Below are positions 22,201 to 32,214 of a stretch of DNA of 64,000 bases, one piece after another; positions within the stretch are counted from its first letter, which is position 1; every line of letters begins with the position of its first letter. A model generated the notes under the pieces. It saw only the letters and a program-made list of their open reading frames with translations. It made no database searches and was not told where the DNA came from. Source of the stretch: Clostridia bacterium (GTDB lineage Bacteria > Bacillota > Clostridia > JAAYHZ01); contig JBMNIH010000007.1 in assembly GCA_050950825.1 (NCBI GenBank), positions 192,001-256,000 on the forward strand, read 5' to 3'. Both the position numbers and the translations under genes were made by a program.

Positions 22201-22833
22201 GATAAAGCCCTTAAACAACTCAATATATATGAAAAGAACAAAACCTATGTTTTAGATCCGGAGACTATAAATATCGTTAAGGAAATAGAAACAATAGTTA
22301 AATCACCAAAACCATATAATCAGATTTCAAAACTGCCTAGCCTAATAAATGACTTTGTTGACAAATTTGTTATGTTGTTAGAAGAAGAGTGCAAACCTGT
22401 AAGGGCTGTGATAGAAAGTGATTGGAACAAGGTTAAGGATGAACTTGAATTATATGATTTTAAGGATGAATTGGCAGGTGCGTTTAACAATAAGTTTAGG
22501 GATCTTTTGGTCAGATTAGATTCATCCCACAATTTCTATGAAGCCATCGCCATGAAGGAAGAGTCAGATAGGCTGAAAATGAGATGTTTTGAGGAAATTA
22601 AAAAAACTGCCTTGGAAAAGAGAAAAAAAAGGGACAGTGAAAAACAACCAGTTACCACTAGGGAAGGCAATGGAGTTTATGTTACCAAAAAAACAGTCAA
22701 TATAAGCATAGCAAATATATTCCATGGAGCAAAAACCATTGAAAGTGAAGAAGATATAGAAGAATTACTTGATTATTTAAGAAAGCAATTAAAAACGGAA
22801 CTAAAGGAGAATACCATATTGAAATTAATTTAA
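19279..22833 (+). CDS. brxC: BREX P-loop ATPase BrxC
   Basis: 1184 aa, GVWISGFFGSGKSHFLK, LVDEMGQYI, FSKIQGRF, YPFIPYQF. Confidence 0.96.
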   Translation: MKLKKMFYKEIDRDIKGVIKIGQDDDTNVHQELEEYVVTRELARHFSTFFEAYREAINNYTDKMGVWISGFFGSGKSHFLKILSYLLENKEVKGKRAISYFDDKIEDASVLADMKASGDVSADVILFNIDSKADSDSRTNKESIVNVFNKVFNEMQGFCGSLPWLADLEAQMVKEGSYEAFKSRFEELSGESWIEAREDFYFEEDNIVQALADTTKMSIEAARNWYNKAEDNYSLSVEKFANKVKEYIESKDREHHVIFLVDEMGQYIGDDVGLMLNLQTVVEDLGTYCGGKAWVIVTSQQDIDTVTKVRGNDFSKIQGRFNTRLSLSSANVDEVIKRRILYKNETAKETLKLYYADKEAIIKNLITFSADTPEMKIFKTAEDFIDVYPFIPYQFRLLQSVFTAIRQHGASGKHLSEGERSLLSAFQEAAIKYMDKEVGALVPFSAFYETIETFLDHNIKTVFIHAEDNDRLSSMDVEVLKVLFLIKWVKEMPKNLENIATLMVSHIDEDKIELKKKIEASLDRLVKETLVQKNGNEYIFLTHEEQDVNKEIQNISIDISEIILKIGEEIYTGIYSEKKFRYNVRYHFDFNKIIDDRYMSSQKHDIGVKIITPYYDTGVELTDHELRMMSARENNLIIKLPQDTSFLEEMENILKIQTYLTRKAGTIQTEEIEEIKIRKSREVAERKDRVVSLLKEALQEADFYVNMQKIDIKSKNPVERINSGLKILIENIYDKLNYITDFIESTKELHDLLFDENTQINIFGEEEIPNKLAIDEMLHYIERNTQRHIPVTMKTLLELYDKPPYGWLPDDIRGLVIRLFRAQEIKIQLGSEYINPSDKNLIQYMTKKDYIDRLLIKKRTKTPEKYLNNARMLIREVFNYASVPGDEDGLMIRFKELSNYELSNIRELLVRYEERNYPGKDVLERGKSLFEDILQISDATAFFEKLYEVKEELMDYEEEVFDVKKFFKNQKEQFDKALKQLNIYEKNKTYVLDPETINIVKEIETIVKSPKPYNQISKLPSLINDFVDKFVMLLEEECKPVRAVIESDWNKVKDELELYDFKDELAGAFNNKFRDLLVRLDSSHNFYEAIAMKEESDRLKMRCFEEIKKTALEKRKKRDSEKQPVTTREGNGVYVTKKTVNISIANIFHGAKTIESEEDIEELLDYLRKQLKTELKENTILKLI

Positions 22834-22850
22834 GTTGAGGAGGGGATATA

Positions 22851-25800
22851 GTGGATAAAACAGCCATTAGAAACTTTGCGGTAAAAGCAAGGCGTAAACT
22901 AATAGAAGATATAACCCATAAGGCCTATGAGATAGGGATAACAAAAGATAAAATCTTAGATATTGAAACCTTTGAGGGTGGTTTTAGAGTAAAGGGTAGA
23001 GAAAACGGCAAAACCTTTAAGAAATATGAATTAAAGCAGCGTAATAAGTTGATTCAAAATATTAAACATAAAGGCTTTGAGCAAGTTATAGAAGAGGTTG
23101 CCTATACATGGTTTAACCGTTTTATTGCTCTGCGTTTTATGGAAGTTAACAACTATCTTCCTACTGGGGTTAGGGTATTATCCTCAATAGAAGAAGGTAA
23201 GACTGAGCCTGATATTATCCAAGAGGCTCTAAACATAGACTTAGATCTTGATCCTGAAATAGTGTATAGACTTCAAGACAGTAACGATACAGAGGATTTA
23301 TATAGATATTTGTTAGTTAAGCAATGCAATCAATTAGGAAAAATTATGCCTAATGTTTTTGAGGAAATCGCTGATTATACAGAATTACTCCTTCCTGACA
23401 AACTTCTTGCTGAAGGTTCTGTAATTAGAGATTTAGTGGAAGAAATAGAGGAATATGATTGGAAAATAGAACTGAATGAGGAAGAACAGAAGCGGGAACC
23501 AGAAAAGGGAGAACACGGTATAGAAATTATTGGTTGGCTATATCAGTATTATATTTCTGAAAAGAAAGACGAAGTTTTTGCTGGCCTTAAAAAGAATAAG
23601 AAGATTACCAAGGAAAATATTCCTGCTGCCACCCAACTCTTTACACCTAAATGGATAGTAAAGTATATGGTAGAGAATTCATTAGGCAGGCTATGGCTGG
23701 AATCTCATCCAAATGATCAATTAAAGGCTCAATGGAAATATTATTTGAAAGAAGCCGAACAAGAACCGGAAGTTCAAAAACAATTAGATGCACTCAAAGA
23801 CCCCAACTTAAATCCAGAAGATATTAAGGTATTGGATCCTGCCATGGGTAGTGGCCATATTTTAGTTTATGCTTTTGATGTTCTATATGAAATATACCTA
23901 TCTACAGGTTATTCAGAAAGGGAAATACCCACTCTTATATTGGAAAAAAACCTTTATGGTCTTGATATAGACGATCGTGCAGGCCAATTAGCCACTTTTG
24001 CCATTTTAATGAAGGCAAGAAGTAAAAATAGAAGGATTTTTAGACACAAATCAAGGATGAACTTGTGCTCCATTCAGGAAAGTAACCATATTCCTAAAGA
24101 GGCTATCGAATATTTGGTTAATCCAAAAGAGACTGAACTAGAAAAACATATTCACAGGGAGGACGTTGAATACCTAATAGAAGTTTTTCATGATGCAAAA
24201 GAATATGGCTCAATTTTAGATGTGAAAAAAATAGATTTTGACGCTTTAGAAAAAAGGATTGAAGAGATAAGGAATAATGTTCCAGAAGACCTATTTGAAC
24301 TGCAATATAGAGAGATAATATTAGAAAAAATTCCACCATTGATTCAACAGGCAAAGATAATGAGTCAAAAATATGATGTTGTGTGTACAAATCCGCCGTA
24401 TATGGGGAATAGGGGGATGAATTCTAAACTATCAAAATACATAGGTCAACATTTTCCAAACACAAAAACTGATTTTTTCGCAGTATTTATAGAAGTATGT
24501 GGTGCTTATACACGAGCCAGGGGATTGTTTTCATTGATTACACAGCCTACATGGTTGTTTTTAAGTGCTTTTGAAAAATTAAGAAAAAGTATAATTGAAA
24601 ACAAGTCTATTTGTAGTCTTCTACACATAGGGAGAGGTATTTTTGGAATAGATTGGGGATCAGTTGCCTTTACATTAAGAAACATACTGGTAAATAATTA
24701 TTATGGTCAATATTTTAGGCTACATACGAGGCTATTCCAGTATATAGATCCAAATGATATAAAAGACTTGTTTTTAAAAGCCAAGAATGACCATAGTTTT
24801 AAATTCAATTTTGATAACTATGGAAACAATTCTGAATTATTTAATGATGGCAAATTAAGAATGATAGGTGACTGCAATGGTCAAAAAATACACTACATTT
24901 ATAATCAAGAAAACTTTAAGTTAATTCCAGGATACCCTATTGCGTATTGGGCAAATTCTAACCTACTTGATGCATTTAGATCTAAAAAAATTATATCTAA
25001 AATTGCCATACCAAGAACAGGTATTATGACTGGAGATAATGCTAGATTTTTACGATTATGGTGGGAGCCTTACTATGGTAAATTAAACTTGGATGCAAAA
25101 GACTATGAAAGTGCGATAAAATCAAAATTAAAATGGTATCCATATAACAAGGGGGGAGATTTTAGGAGATGGTATGGAAATAATGAATATGTAGTTAATT
25201 GGGAAAATGGAGGATATGAAATATTTGGGTGTGCAAAATTAGATAGCCGAAACTCACAGGACTATCCAAACGAACTTAAATTTAAAAGGGCAATTTCATG
25301 GGCACTAGTATCATCTAAGAAACCATCTTTTAGAATAATCAATAACAGTTTATCAGATATTGGTGGGCCTTCCTTGTTTGTAAGTAGTAATAATTTATAT
25401 TATATTTTGGCATTTTGTAATTCATTAATAGCCATAGAAATATTAAATATATTAAATCCAACAGTAAACTTTCAAGCAGGGAATATAGGAAATTTACCAA
25501 TAATTTTAAATAAGGACAATTTTCATGTTGTTACTTCAAATGCTATGCAGAATATAAGAATTTCACAACAAGACTGGGATTCTTTTGAAACCTCATGGGA
25601 TTTCAAAGTACACCCATTAGCAAACTTTAATAAGTACATGGATAATTATTATGATACCTTATTAGAATCAGGTATATTGGCTGATAAGGAGCCTATATAT
25701 GTAGCCAATTTGGAACATGCCTATGAACAATATAAAGAATTTACTGAGGTTCAATTCAACCAACTTAAATCCAACGAAGAAGAACTAAACCGTATTTTCA

Positions 25801-26740
25801 TTGAAATCTATGGTCTCCAGGACGAACTAACTCCTGATGTAGATGACAAAGACGTAACTATTACAAGGATATATGATTCTAAAGAAGATATCCCAGAGTG
25901 TATGAAGGGAAATAAATATGTACTTACAAGGGAAGATGTAATAAAATCCTTTATCTCTTATGCTGTTGGCTGTATGTTTGGACGCTACTCTTTAGATGAA
26001 GAAGGTCTAATCTATGCTGGTGGAGATTTTGATGACAAGTTTAGGTTGCGTGATGGACAATGGGAGATTAAGACTAAAGAAGGTTGGAAAAAGTCGATCG
26101 ATAAACATAGTAGAACATAATGTTATTCCTATTGCTGATGGAGATTATTTTGAAGATGGTATACTGGAGCGTTTTGTAGACTTTGTAAAGGTATCTTTTG
26201 GTGAAGAAACATTGGAGGAGAATCTAGATTACATTGCTGAAACTTTAGGTAGGAAGGCCAATGAAACTTCAAGACAGGCTATTAGAAGATACTTCTTAAA
26301 AGATTTCTATAAAGACCATGTAAGAACATATAAAAGTCGTCCTATTTACTGGCTCTTTGATAGTGGAAGACAGGACGGGTTTAAAGCCCTTATTTACATG
26401 CACCGTTACGAGCCTTCTACTGTTGCAAGGGTGAGGACCGATTATTTGCATAGTTTGCAGAAAAAGTATGAAGCAGAAATAAACCATCTTGATATTTTAA
26501 TAGATTCGGATATCTCTCAAAGGGAAAAGGCTGCTGCAAGGAAAAAGAAAGAGACAATTTTAAAGCAGATTGAGGAATGCAGGATTATATGATGAGGCTA
26601 TAGCCCATGTGGCCAATCAAAGAATTGAGATTGATTTAGATGATGGCGTAAAAGTTAATTATGCTAAATTCCAAGGGGTTGAGATTCCTCAAGGTAAAGG
26701 CAGAAAGCCACTAAAAGCAGATTTATTAGCAAAGATATAA
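22851..26740 (+). pseudogene. pglX: BREX-1 adenine methyltransferase PglX with two frameshifts (~26094-26101 and ~26585-26590)
   Basis: ATQLFTPKWIV, LDPAMGSGH, NPPY in 22851-26120; [13 protein letters not shown] in a second frame; [15 protein letters not shown]-terminus in a third frame ending TAA at 26740. Confidence 0.88.
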
Positions 26741-26753
26741 AGTAGGTGAACAT

Positions 26754-29309
26754 ATGAATTTTTTAGAAGTTAAAAAGAGGTTAGAGGAAATCTTTAATAA
26801 AGAACCTATGGATGGGAAAAAGAGACATATAGTTTTTTGGTATGATGATGAGGGAGAATTCATTGAAGACATTAACGAACTTAAACTAGATAATGCCAAG
26901 ATTCTCAAACTTGCTGATAATAATTCTTTCTATATAAAGTATCTTCTTGAAAAAGAAGATATTGAATCTAATTATCTTTTATATTCTCCTTCATCTAAAC
27001 CAATACCACGGGATAATTGGGTGTTGGATATTCTGAAATATAGTGAGGAGTTTTCAACTGACAAGGCAACTTTAATTATGAGGGACTTCAAGGTGGAAGA
27101 TCCCTCATTAAGAAATGTGTTTAAGGGATATTTAAAGTTCTTTGGAAATAAAGAGAGATATAAAAAATTTGCCTCATACAATATAGATAAATTTACTAAA
27201 GAAAAGGTAGATATAGCAGTTCTATCTGCTCTACGCAGATTACCCGTAGCAGATTTTGAACAAGTTGTAAAAAAGATTCTGATTGAAGAATTAGAAGGAG
27301 AGAACAAATATCTAGAGGCTATTGAGAACGTTGGTAATATAGATGCCTTTTGGGATTTAGTTGAGAAAAGATATGGTTATAATTTCGAGGAGAGATCATT
27401 AGAAAAATTAACGATTATGCTTCTTGTTACTCATTTATCCTATACTCTCGAAGAGGATATGCCAACTACATGGGTAGAGTATGTATCTCCTAAAAGATCA
27501 GATTCTGTAGTGTTTATAAGTAATTTTATGAATCATGCTACCGACGGTAAATACTATGATTTATTGGCGGATAAAGTCCAAGAGACATTAAATGTAAGAG
27601 TGTATTTAAATAAATGGGATATAGATAAGTATATTGAATGTGATACATTTAGGGCTTTTGATGAAGCAATAATGGAAAGGATAATTGGCAACTTAGTAGA
27701 AGGTGTCGGAGAATTTGAAAGATACCGTAAACTGATTAATAGAAGAAGGACAAGTCATTGGTTTAAAACCTATAGAAACGAATATGAAGCCCTATATTTT
27801 GCTAATGAACTCCTTGAAATGGAAAAGAGAATGGGTGGAGTTATTAGAGGTGGATCTGCCTATGATTTGATCAATGCTTATGTTAAAGAATATTATCTGT
27901 TTGATTATTTCTATCGGAAGTTTTATTACTATTACGATAAAATTACTGACAAAGATCCATTTGAAAAACTAGCAGAGAGAATTGAAAACACCTATACTCA
28001 CTGGTATCTAAACGAACTTTCAATAAAATGGTCTGCAGCGGTTCAGGAGGAATTACTAGAAGACTACTCTTTGGCAGGTATTAGGCAGCAAAAAGATTTT
28101 TATAAAGACTTTGTTTTGCCATTTATAAGGAATAATGAAAGATTATTTGTAATTATTTCTGATGCTTTAAGATATGAAGCAGCAAGAGAACTCCTTAATC
28201 TAATTAATAAAGAGGTGAGGGGTATGGCAGAGATTGGCTTTATGCAAGGAGTCATCCCTTCAAATACAAAATATGGTATGGCAAGTTTGCTTCCAAGAAA
28301 GGAATTGGTAGTCAATGATAAATCAGATATTATTATTGACGGTATAAGCACCCAGGGGACAGTAAATAGGGGGAAAATAATCGCCAATTATAGTGATAAT
28401 GCTCAGGCAATATCATTTAGTGACATGGTAGATATGCGTAGGGCAGATTACAAGAAAGCCTTTGAAGGGAAAAAACTAATTTATATATACCATGACACAA
28501 TAGATGCCGTTGGGGAAGTGCCTCAGACGGAAAGAGAGGTTTTTGATGCCGTAGAAAAGGGTTTTGAAGATTTAGTATCGCTAATCAAAAACCTAATAAA
28601 CCATGTAAGTGCTACAAACATAATAATTACTGCAGATCATGGTTTCATATACAGACGTTCTCAATTAACAGAAGTAGACAAGATTAGCAGATTTAATGCT
28701 GAAACCATAGATGCCGGCAGGAGATATATGCTTGCAGAAATTGATGAAGATATTCCAGATACATTACCTATTTCTATGAAATATCTTTTGGGACAGGAGA
28801 CAAAATTAAAAGCCATTGTTCCAAAAGGCATGATTAGATACAAGGTTCAAGGGGCAGGAGCAAATTATGTCCATGGAGGAGCATCTTTGCAGGAGATAAT
28901 TGTTCCTGTAATAAGATTTAAGAATATCCGTAAAGATGAGTATAAAGCCACTAAGGTCGAAGTGAAGTTAACCAATATTTCAAGGAAGATTACAAATAGA
29001 ATCACCTATTTGGAGTTTTTCCAAACAGAAGTGGTAGACGAAAAGAAAGTGCCATTAAAACTAAAACTTTATTTTGTAGATAAAGAAGGTAACCGTATCT
29101 CTAATGAAAACATTATAATTGCTGATAGTAGGTCGAAAAATCCTGAGGATCGAACCTTTAGGGAGAAGTTTACATTAAGAGATATGGCTTATGACAAGAA
29201 CAAGGAATATTATTTAATTTTAGAAGATGAAGATGAAACCGTAGAAAAAATATATGAGCGAATACCTTTTAAGATAGATTTGCTATTTACAGATGACTTT
29301 GGTTTATAG
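26754..29309 (+). CDS. pglZ: BREX-1 phosphatase PglZ
   Basis: IVFWYD, VIISDALRYE, ITADHGF, YVHGGASLQE. Confidence 0.95.
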   Translation: MNFLEVKKRLEEIFNKEPMDGKKRHIVFWYDDEGEFIEDINELKLDNAKILKLADNNSFYIKYLLEKEDIESNYLLYSPSSKPIPRDNWVLDILKYSEEFSTDKATLIMRDFKVEDPSLRNVFKGYLKFFGNKERYKKFASYNIDKFTKEKVDIAVLSALRRLPVADFEQVVKKILIEELEGENKYLEAIENVGNIDAFWDLVEKRYGYNFEERSLEKLTIMLLVTHLSYTLEEDMPTTWVEYVSPKRSDSVVFISNFMNHATDGKYYDLLADKVQETLNVRVYLNKWDIDKYIECDTFRAFDEAIMERIIGNLVEGVGEFERYRKLINRRRTSHWFKTYRNEYEALYFANELLEMEKRMGGVIRGGSAYDLINAYVKEYYLFDYFYRKFYYYYDKITDKDPFEKLAERIENTYTHWYLNELSIKWSAAVQEELLEDYSLAGIRQQKDFYKDFVLPFIRNNERLFVIISDALRYEAARELLNLINKEVRGMAEIGFMQGVIPSNTKYGMASLLPRKELVVNDKSDIIIDGISTQGTVNRGKIIANYSDNAQAISFSDMVDMRRADYKKAFEGKKLIYIYHDTIDAVGEVPQTEREVFDAVEKGFEDLVSLIKNLINHVSATNIIITADHGFIYRRSQLTEVDKISRFNAETIDAGRRYMLAEIDEDIPDTLPISMKYLLGQETKLKAIVPKGMIRYKVQGAGANYVHGGASLQEIIVPVIRFKNIRKDEYKATKVEVKLTNISRKITNRITYLEFFQTEVVDEKKVPLKLKLYFVDKEGNRISNENIIIADSRSKNPEDRTFREKFTLRDMAYDKNKEYYLILEDEDETVEKIYERIPFKIDLLFTDDFGL

Positions 29310-29333
29310 AATTACAAAGGTGGTGAAAAGGCA

Positions 29334-31376
29334 GTGGACAGGGAGAATAGAGATTTAAATGAAAAATTGAACAAATATTTTCCAGGCAGAGTTGTCCGTA
29401 AGGATTTGACTCAAAAAATAAAGGAAGGGGCCAATGTACCAGTATATGTCCTTGAATATTTACTTGGTATGTACTGTGCTACTGATGATGAAGATTCCAT
29501 AAATGAAGGAGTAAATAGAGTAAAAGCAATACTTGCAGAAAATTATGTAAGGCCCGATGAAGCGGAAAAGATTAAATCTAAAATTCGAGAATTAGGCCAG
29601 TATACAGTTATTGATAAACTGACAGTAAGGCTAAATGAAAAAAGAGACATTTATGAGGCGGAGTTTTCTAATTTAGGGTTAAAAGGTGTAGAAGTAGAAG
29701 CAGATTATGTTAAAAAATTTGAGAAACTTCTTGCTGGAGGTATATGGTGTATTCTTAAAATACAATACTATTATGATGAAGAGTTAAGAAATGCTAACCC
29801 TTTTATCATAAATAGTTTGAAGCCCATCCAAATTCCAAACTTGGATATGGATGAGATATTGAATGGAAGAAAACATTTCACCAAAGATGAATGGATTGAT
29901 ATCCTTTTAAGATCCGTGGGCATGGAACCTACACAATTGGAGGAAAAAGTTAAGTGGCACCTTCTTGCTCGCATGATTCCTCTTGTTGAGAATAATTATA
30001 ATCTTTGTGAGTTAGGGCCAAGAGGGACAGGTAAATCACATATATATAAGGAAATATCACCTAACTCTATTCTAATATCCGGTGGGCAAACTACTGTAGC
30101 CAATTTATTTTACAATATGAATACCAGAAAAATCGGATTAGTTGGCTTATGGGATGTAGTAGCATTTGATGAAGTGGCTGGAATTACCTTTAAAGATAAA
30201 GACGGCATTCAGATTATGAAGGATTATATGGCTTCAGGCTCATTTGCCAGAGGAAAAGAATTAAAAAATGCTTCTGCTTCTATGGTTTTTGTTGGTAATA
30301 TCAATCAATCAGTGGACGTTCTTTTAAAAACATCCCATTTATTTGAACCATTCCCAGAAGCAATGGCTTATGACACGGCTTTTTTTGACAGGATGCACTG
30401 TTATATTCCCGGCTGGGAGATACCTAAATACAGACCGGATTTTTTCACTCACGAATATGGCTTTATTACTGATTATATTGCAGAATTTTTCAGGGAAATG
30501 AGAAAAACATCCTATGGCGACAGCATAGATAAATACTTTAGACTTGGAAATAACCTTAATCAAAGAGATGTTATAGCGGTAAGAAAGACTGTATCGGGAT
30601 TGGTCAAACTAATTTATCCTCATGGAGAATTTAACAAAGAAGATATAGAAGAAATCCTAAGGTATGCCTTAGTTGGAAGAAGACGAGTAAAAGAACAATT
30701 AAAGAAAATTGGTGGTATGGAATTTTATGATGTTCATTTTTCTTACATAGATAATGAAACATTTGAGGAAGAATTTGTATCGGTTCCAGAACAGGGTGGC
30801 GACAAACTGATACCTGAAGGAATGGGAAAACCAGGACATATATACACAGTTGCCCATGGTGATTCAGGGATGATTGGAGTATATAAAATAGAAACCGAGG
30901 TTGTCTCTGGAACAGGAAAATTTGAAAGAACAGGATTGGGGACTAGCAGGGAAGCAAAAGAGAATTTGAATACAGCCTTCAACTATTTTAAAGCAAACAA
31001 AAAGAATATCAGTGGAACAATTTCCTTAAACAATAATGATTTTTTAATGCATGTTCAAGATTTACAGGGAATTGGTATGACTTCTCAATTGACATTAGCA
31101 GCCTTTATTGCCCTTTGTTCTGGAGCATTAAAAAAACCTGTATTAAGTCAATTGGTGGTATTAGGGTCAATGAGCATAGGGGGAACCATTAATAAGGTGG
31201 AGGAACTGGCATCCACACTTCAAGTTTGTTTTGATGCAGGAGCGAAAAAAGTACTCCTACCTATGGCTTCTGCCGCAGACATTAACACAGTTCCGCCAGA
31301 ATTATTCTCTAAATTTCAGATATCCTTTTATCAAAGCCCTGAAGATGCGGTATTTAAAGCATTAGGAGTTGAGTAA
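29334..31376 (+). CDS. brxL: BREX Lon-related protein BrxL
   Basis: NVPVYVLEYLLG, ELGPRGTGKSH, AFDEVAG, C-terminal Lon-like domain. Confidence 0.96.
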   Translation: MDRENRDLNEKLNKYFPGRVVRKDLTQKIKEGANVPVYVLEYLLGMYCATDDEDSINEGVNRVKAILAENYVRPDEAEKIKSKIRELGQYTVIDKLTVRLNEKRDIYEAEFSNLGLKGVEVEADYVKKFEKLLAGGIWCILKIQYYYDEELRNANPFIINSLKPIQIPNLDMDEILNGRKHFTKDEWIDILLRSVGMEPTQLEEKVKWHLLARMIPLVENNYNLCELGPRGTGKSHIYKEISPNSILISGGQTTVANLFYNMNTRKIGLVGLWDVVAFDEVAGITFKDKDGIQIMKDYMASGSFARGKELKNASASMVFVGNINQSVDVLLKTSHLFEPFPEAMAYDTAFFDRMHCYIPGWEIPKYRPDFFTHEYGFITDYIAEFFREMRKTSYGDSIDKYFRLGNNLNQRDVIAVRKTVSGLVKLIYPHGEFNKEDIEEILRYALVGRRRVKEQLKKIGGMEFYDVHFSYIDNETFEEEFVSVPEQGGDKLIPEGMGKPGHIYTVAHGDSGMIGVYKIETEVVSGTGKFERTGLGTSREAKENLNTAFNYFKANKKNISGTISLNNNDFLMHVQDLQGIGMTSQLTLAAFIALCSGALKKPVLSQLVVLGSMSIGGTINKVEELASTLQVCFDAGAKKVLLPMASAADINTVPPELFSKFQISFYQSPEDAVFKALGVE

Positions 31377-31416
31377 CATAGATATAAATGGAGTTAAATA
31401 TAGTTTATGCAATATT

Positions 31417-31456
31417 AAAGTCAAAGGCAAAATTTGCCCTTGGCTTTTTATTTTTT
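31417..31456 (+). terminator. Terminator of the BREX operon
   Basis: AAAGTCAAAGGCAAAA-TTTGCCCTTGGCTTT followed by T-rich tract. Confidence 0.7.
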
Positions 31457-31612
31457 GTGTTTACGCTGAGTTAAAATGTCCAAAAACTGATGGAATTGCC
31501 TGTCCAGATATTGCTGGTATATAATGGCCATATACATTCTATAGAAAGAAAAAAGCGTCCTTGTTTCAATGTGATACTGTTACAGCAGTAGCACCAAGGA
31601 CGTCCCCAAACT

Positions 31613-32175
31613 ATGATCATTATATCAAAATATGAACTAGAAGAAAAGGCAGAAGAACAAGTTTTTATGTAAGAAGTTTGGAGCAGTTTCTATGTCCCTG
31701 CTGCAGGAGTAACCGTATGAAGGTTGTAGGGAGCAGGCCCAGGAAGTACCTGCAGGAGGATGCCTCGCAAGTGATATTGATAATACGCAGGCTGCGCTGC
31801 CTGGAATGTAACAAGATACATCACGAATTGCCCGATATACTGGTTCCATACAAACGGTACAAAAGCGAATGCATAGAGACAGTTGTAGCAGAAGATAACA
31901 ACACTCCGCTAGCAATAGCATGTGATGAATCTACGCTATACCGGTGGAAAAAGTGGTTTAACTCTTTAAGCAGGTATTTTGCAGGTTGCTTGCAGTCCAT
32001 AGCAATACAGCTGGGAAGAGAAACTGAAGAAGCTTCAGGACCAATATCCGTCCTCCATAGGATATGGTTTTATGTTGGTGAAGCACCAGGATGGCTGGCG
32101 CGAATTGTCCATACGCTTGTAAATTGGAATTTATGGGTACAGACCCGTTCTGCATTCCTGTCCGGATATGCATAG
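31613..32175 (+). CDS. Zn-finger protein, DUF6431-like; needs a -1 frameshift in the T5 run at 31662-31666
   Basis: ATG 31613 gives MIIISKYELEEKAEEQVF, then the -1 frame gives YVRSLEQFLCPCC...CLECNKIHHELPD.LVPYKRY. Confidence 0.7.
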
Positions 32176-32214
32176 TATACACTCATGTTGAATCAATCAA
32201 AGGGGGTATTCAAC

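Noticed and set aside
26014-26592. 192-aa ORF as a separate BREX accessory gene
   Set aside because: It is the frameshifted continuation of pglX.
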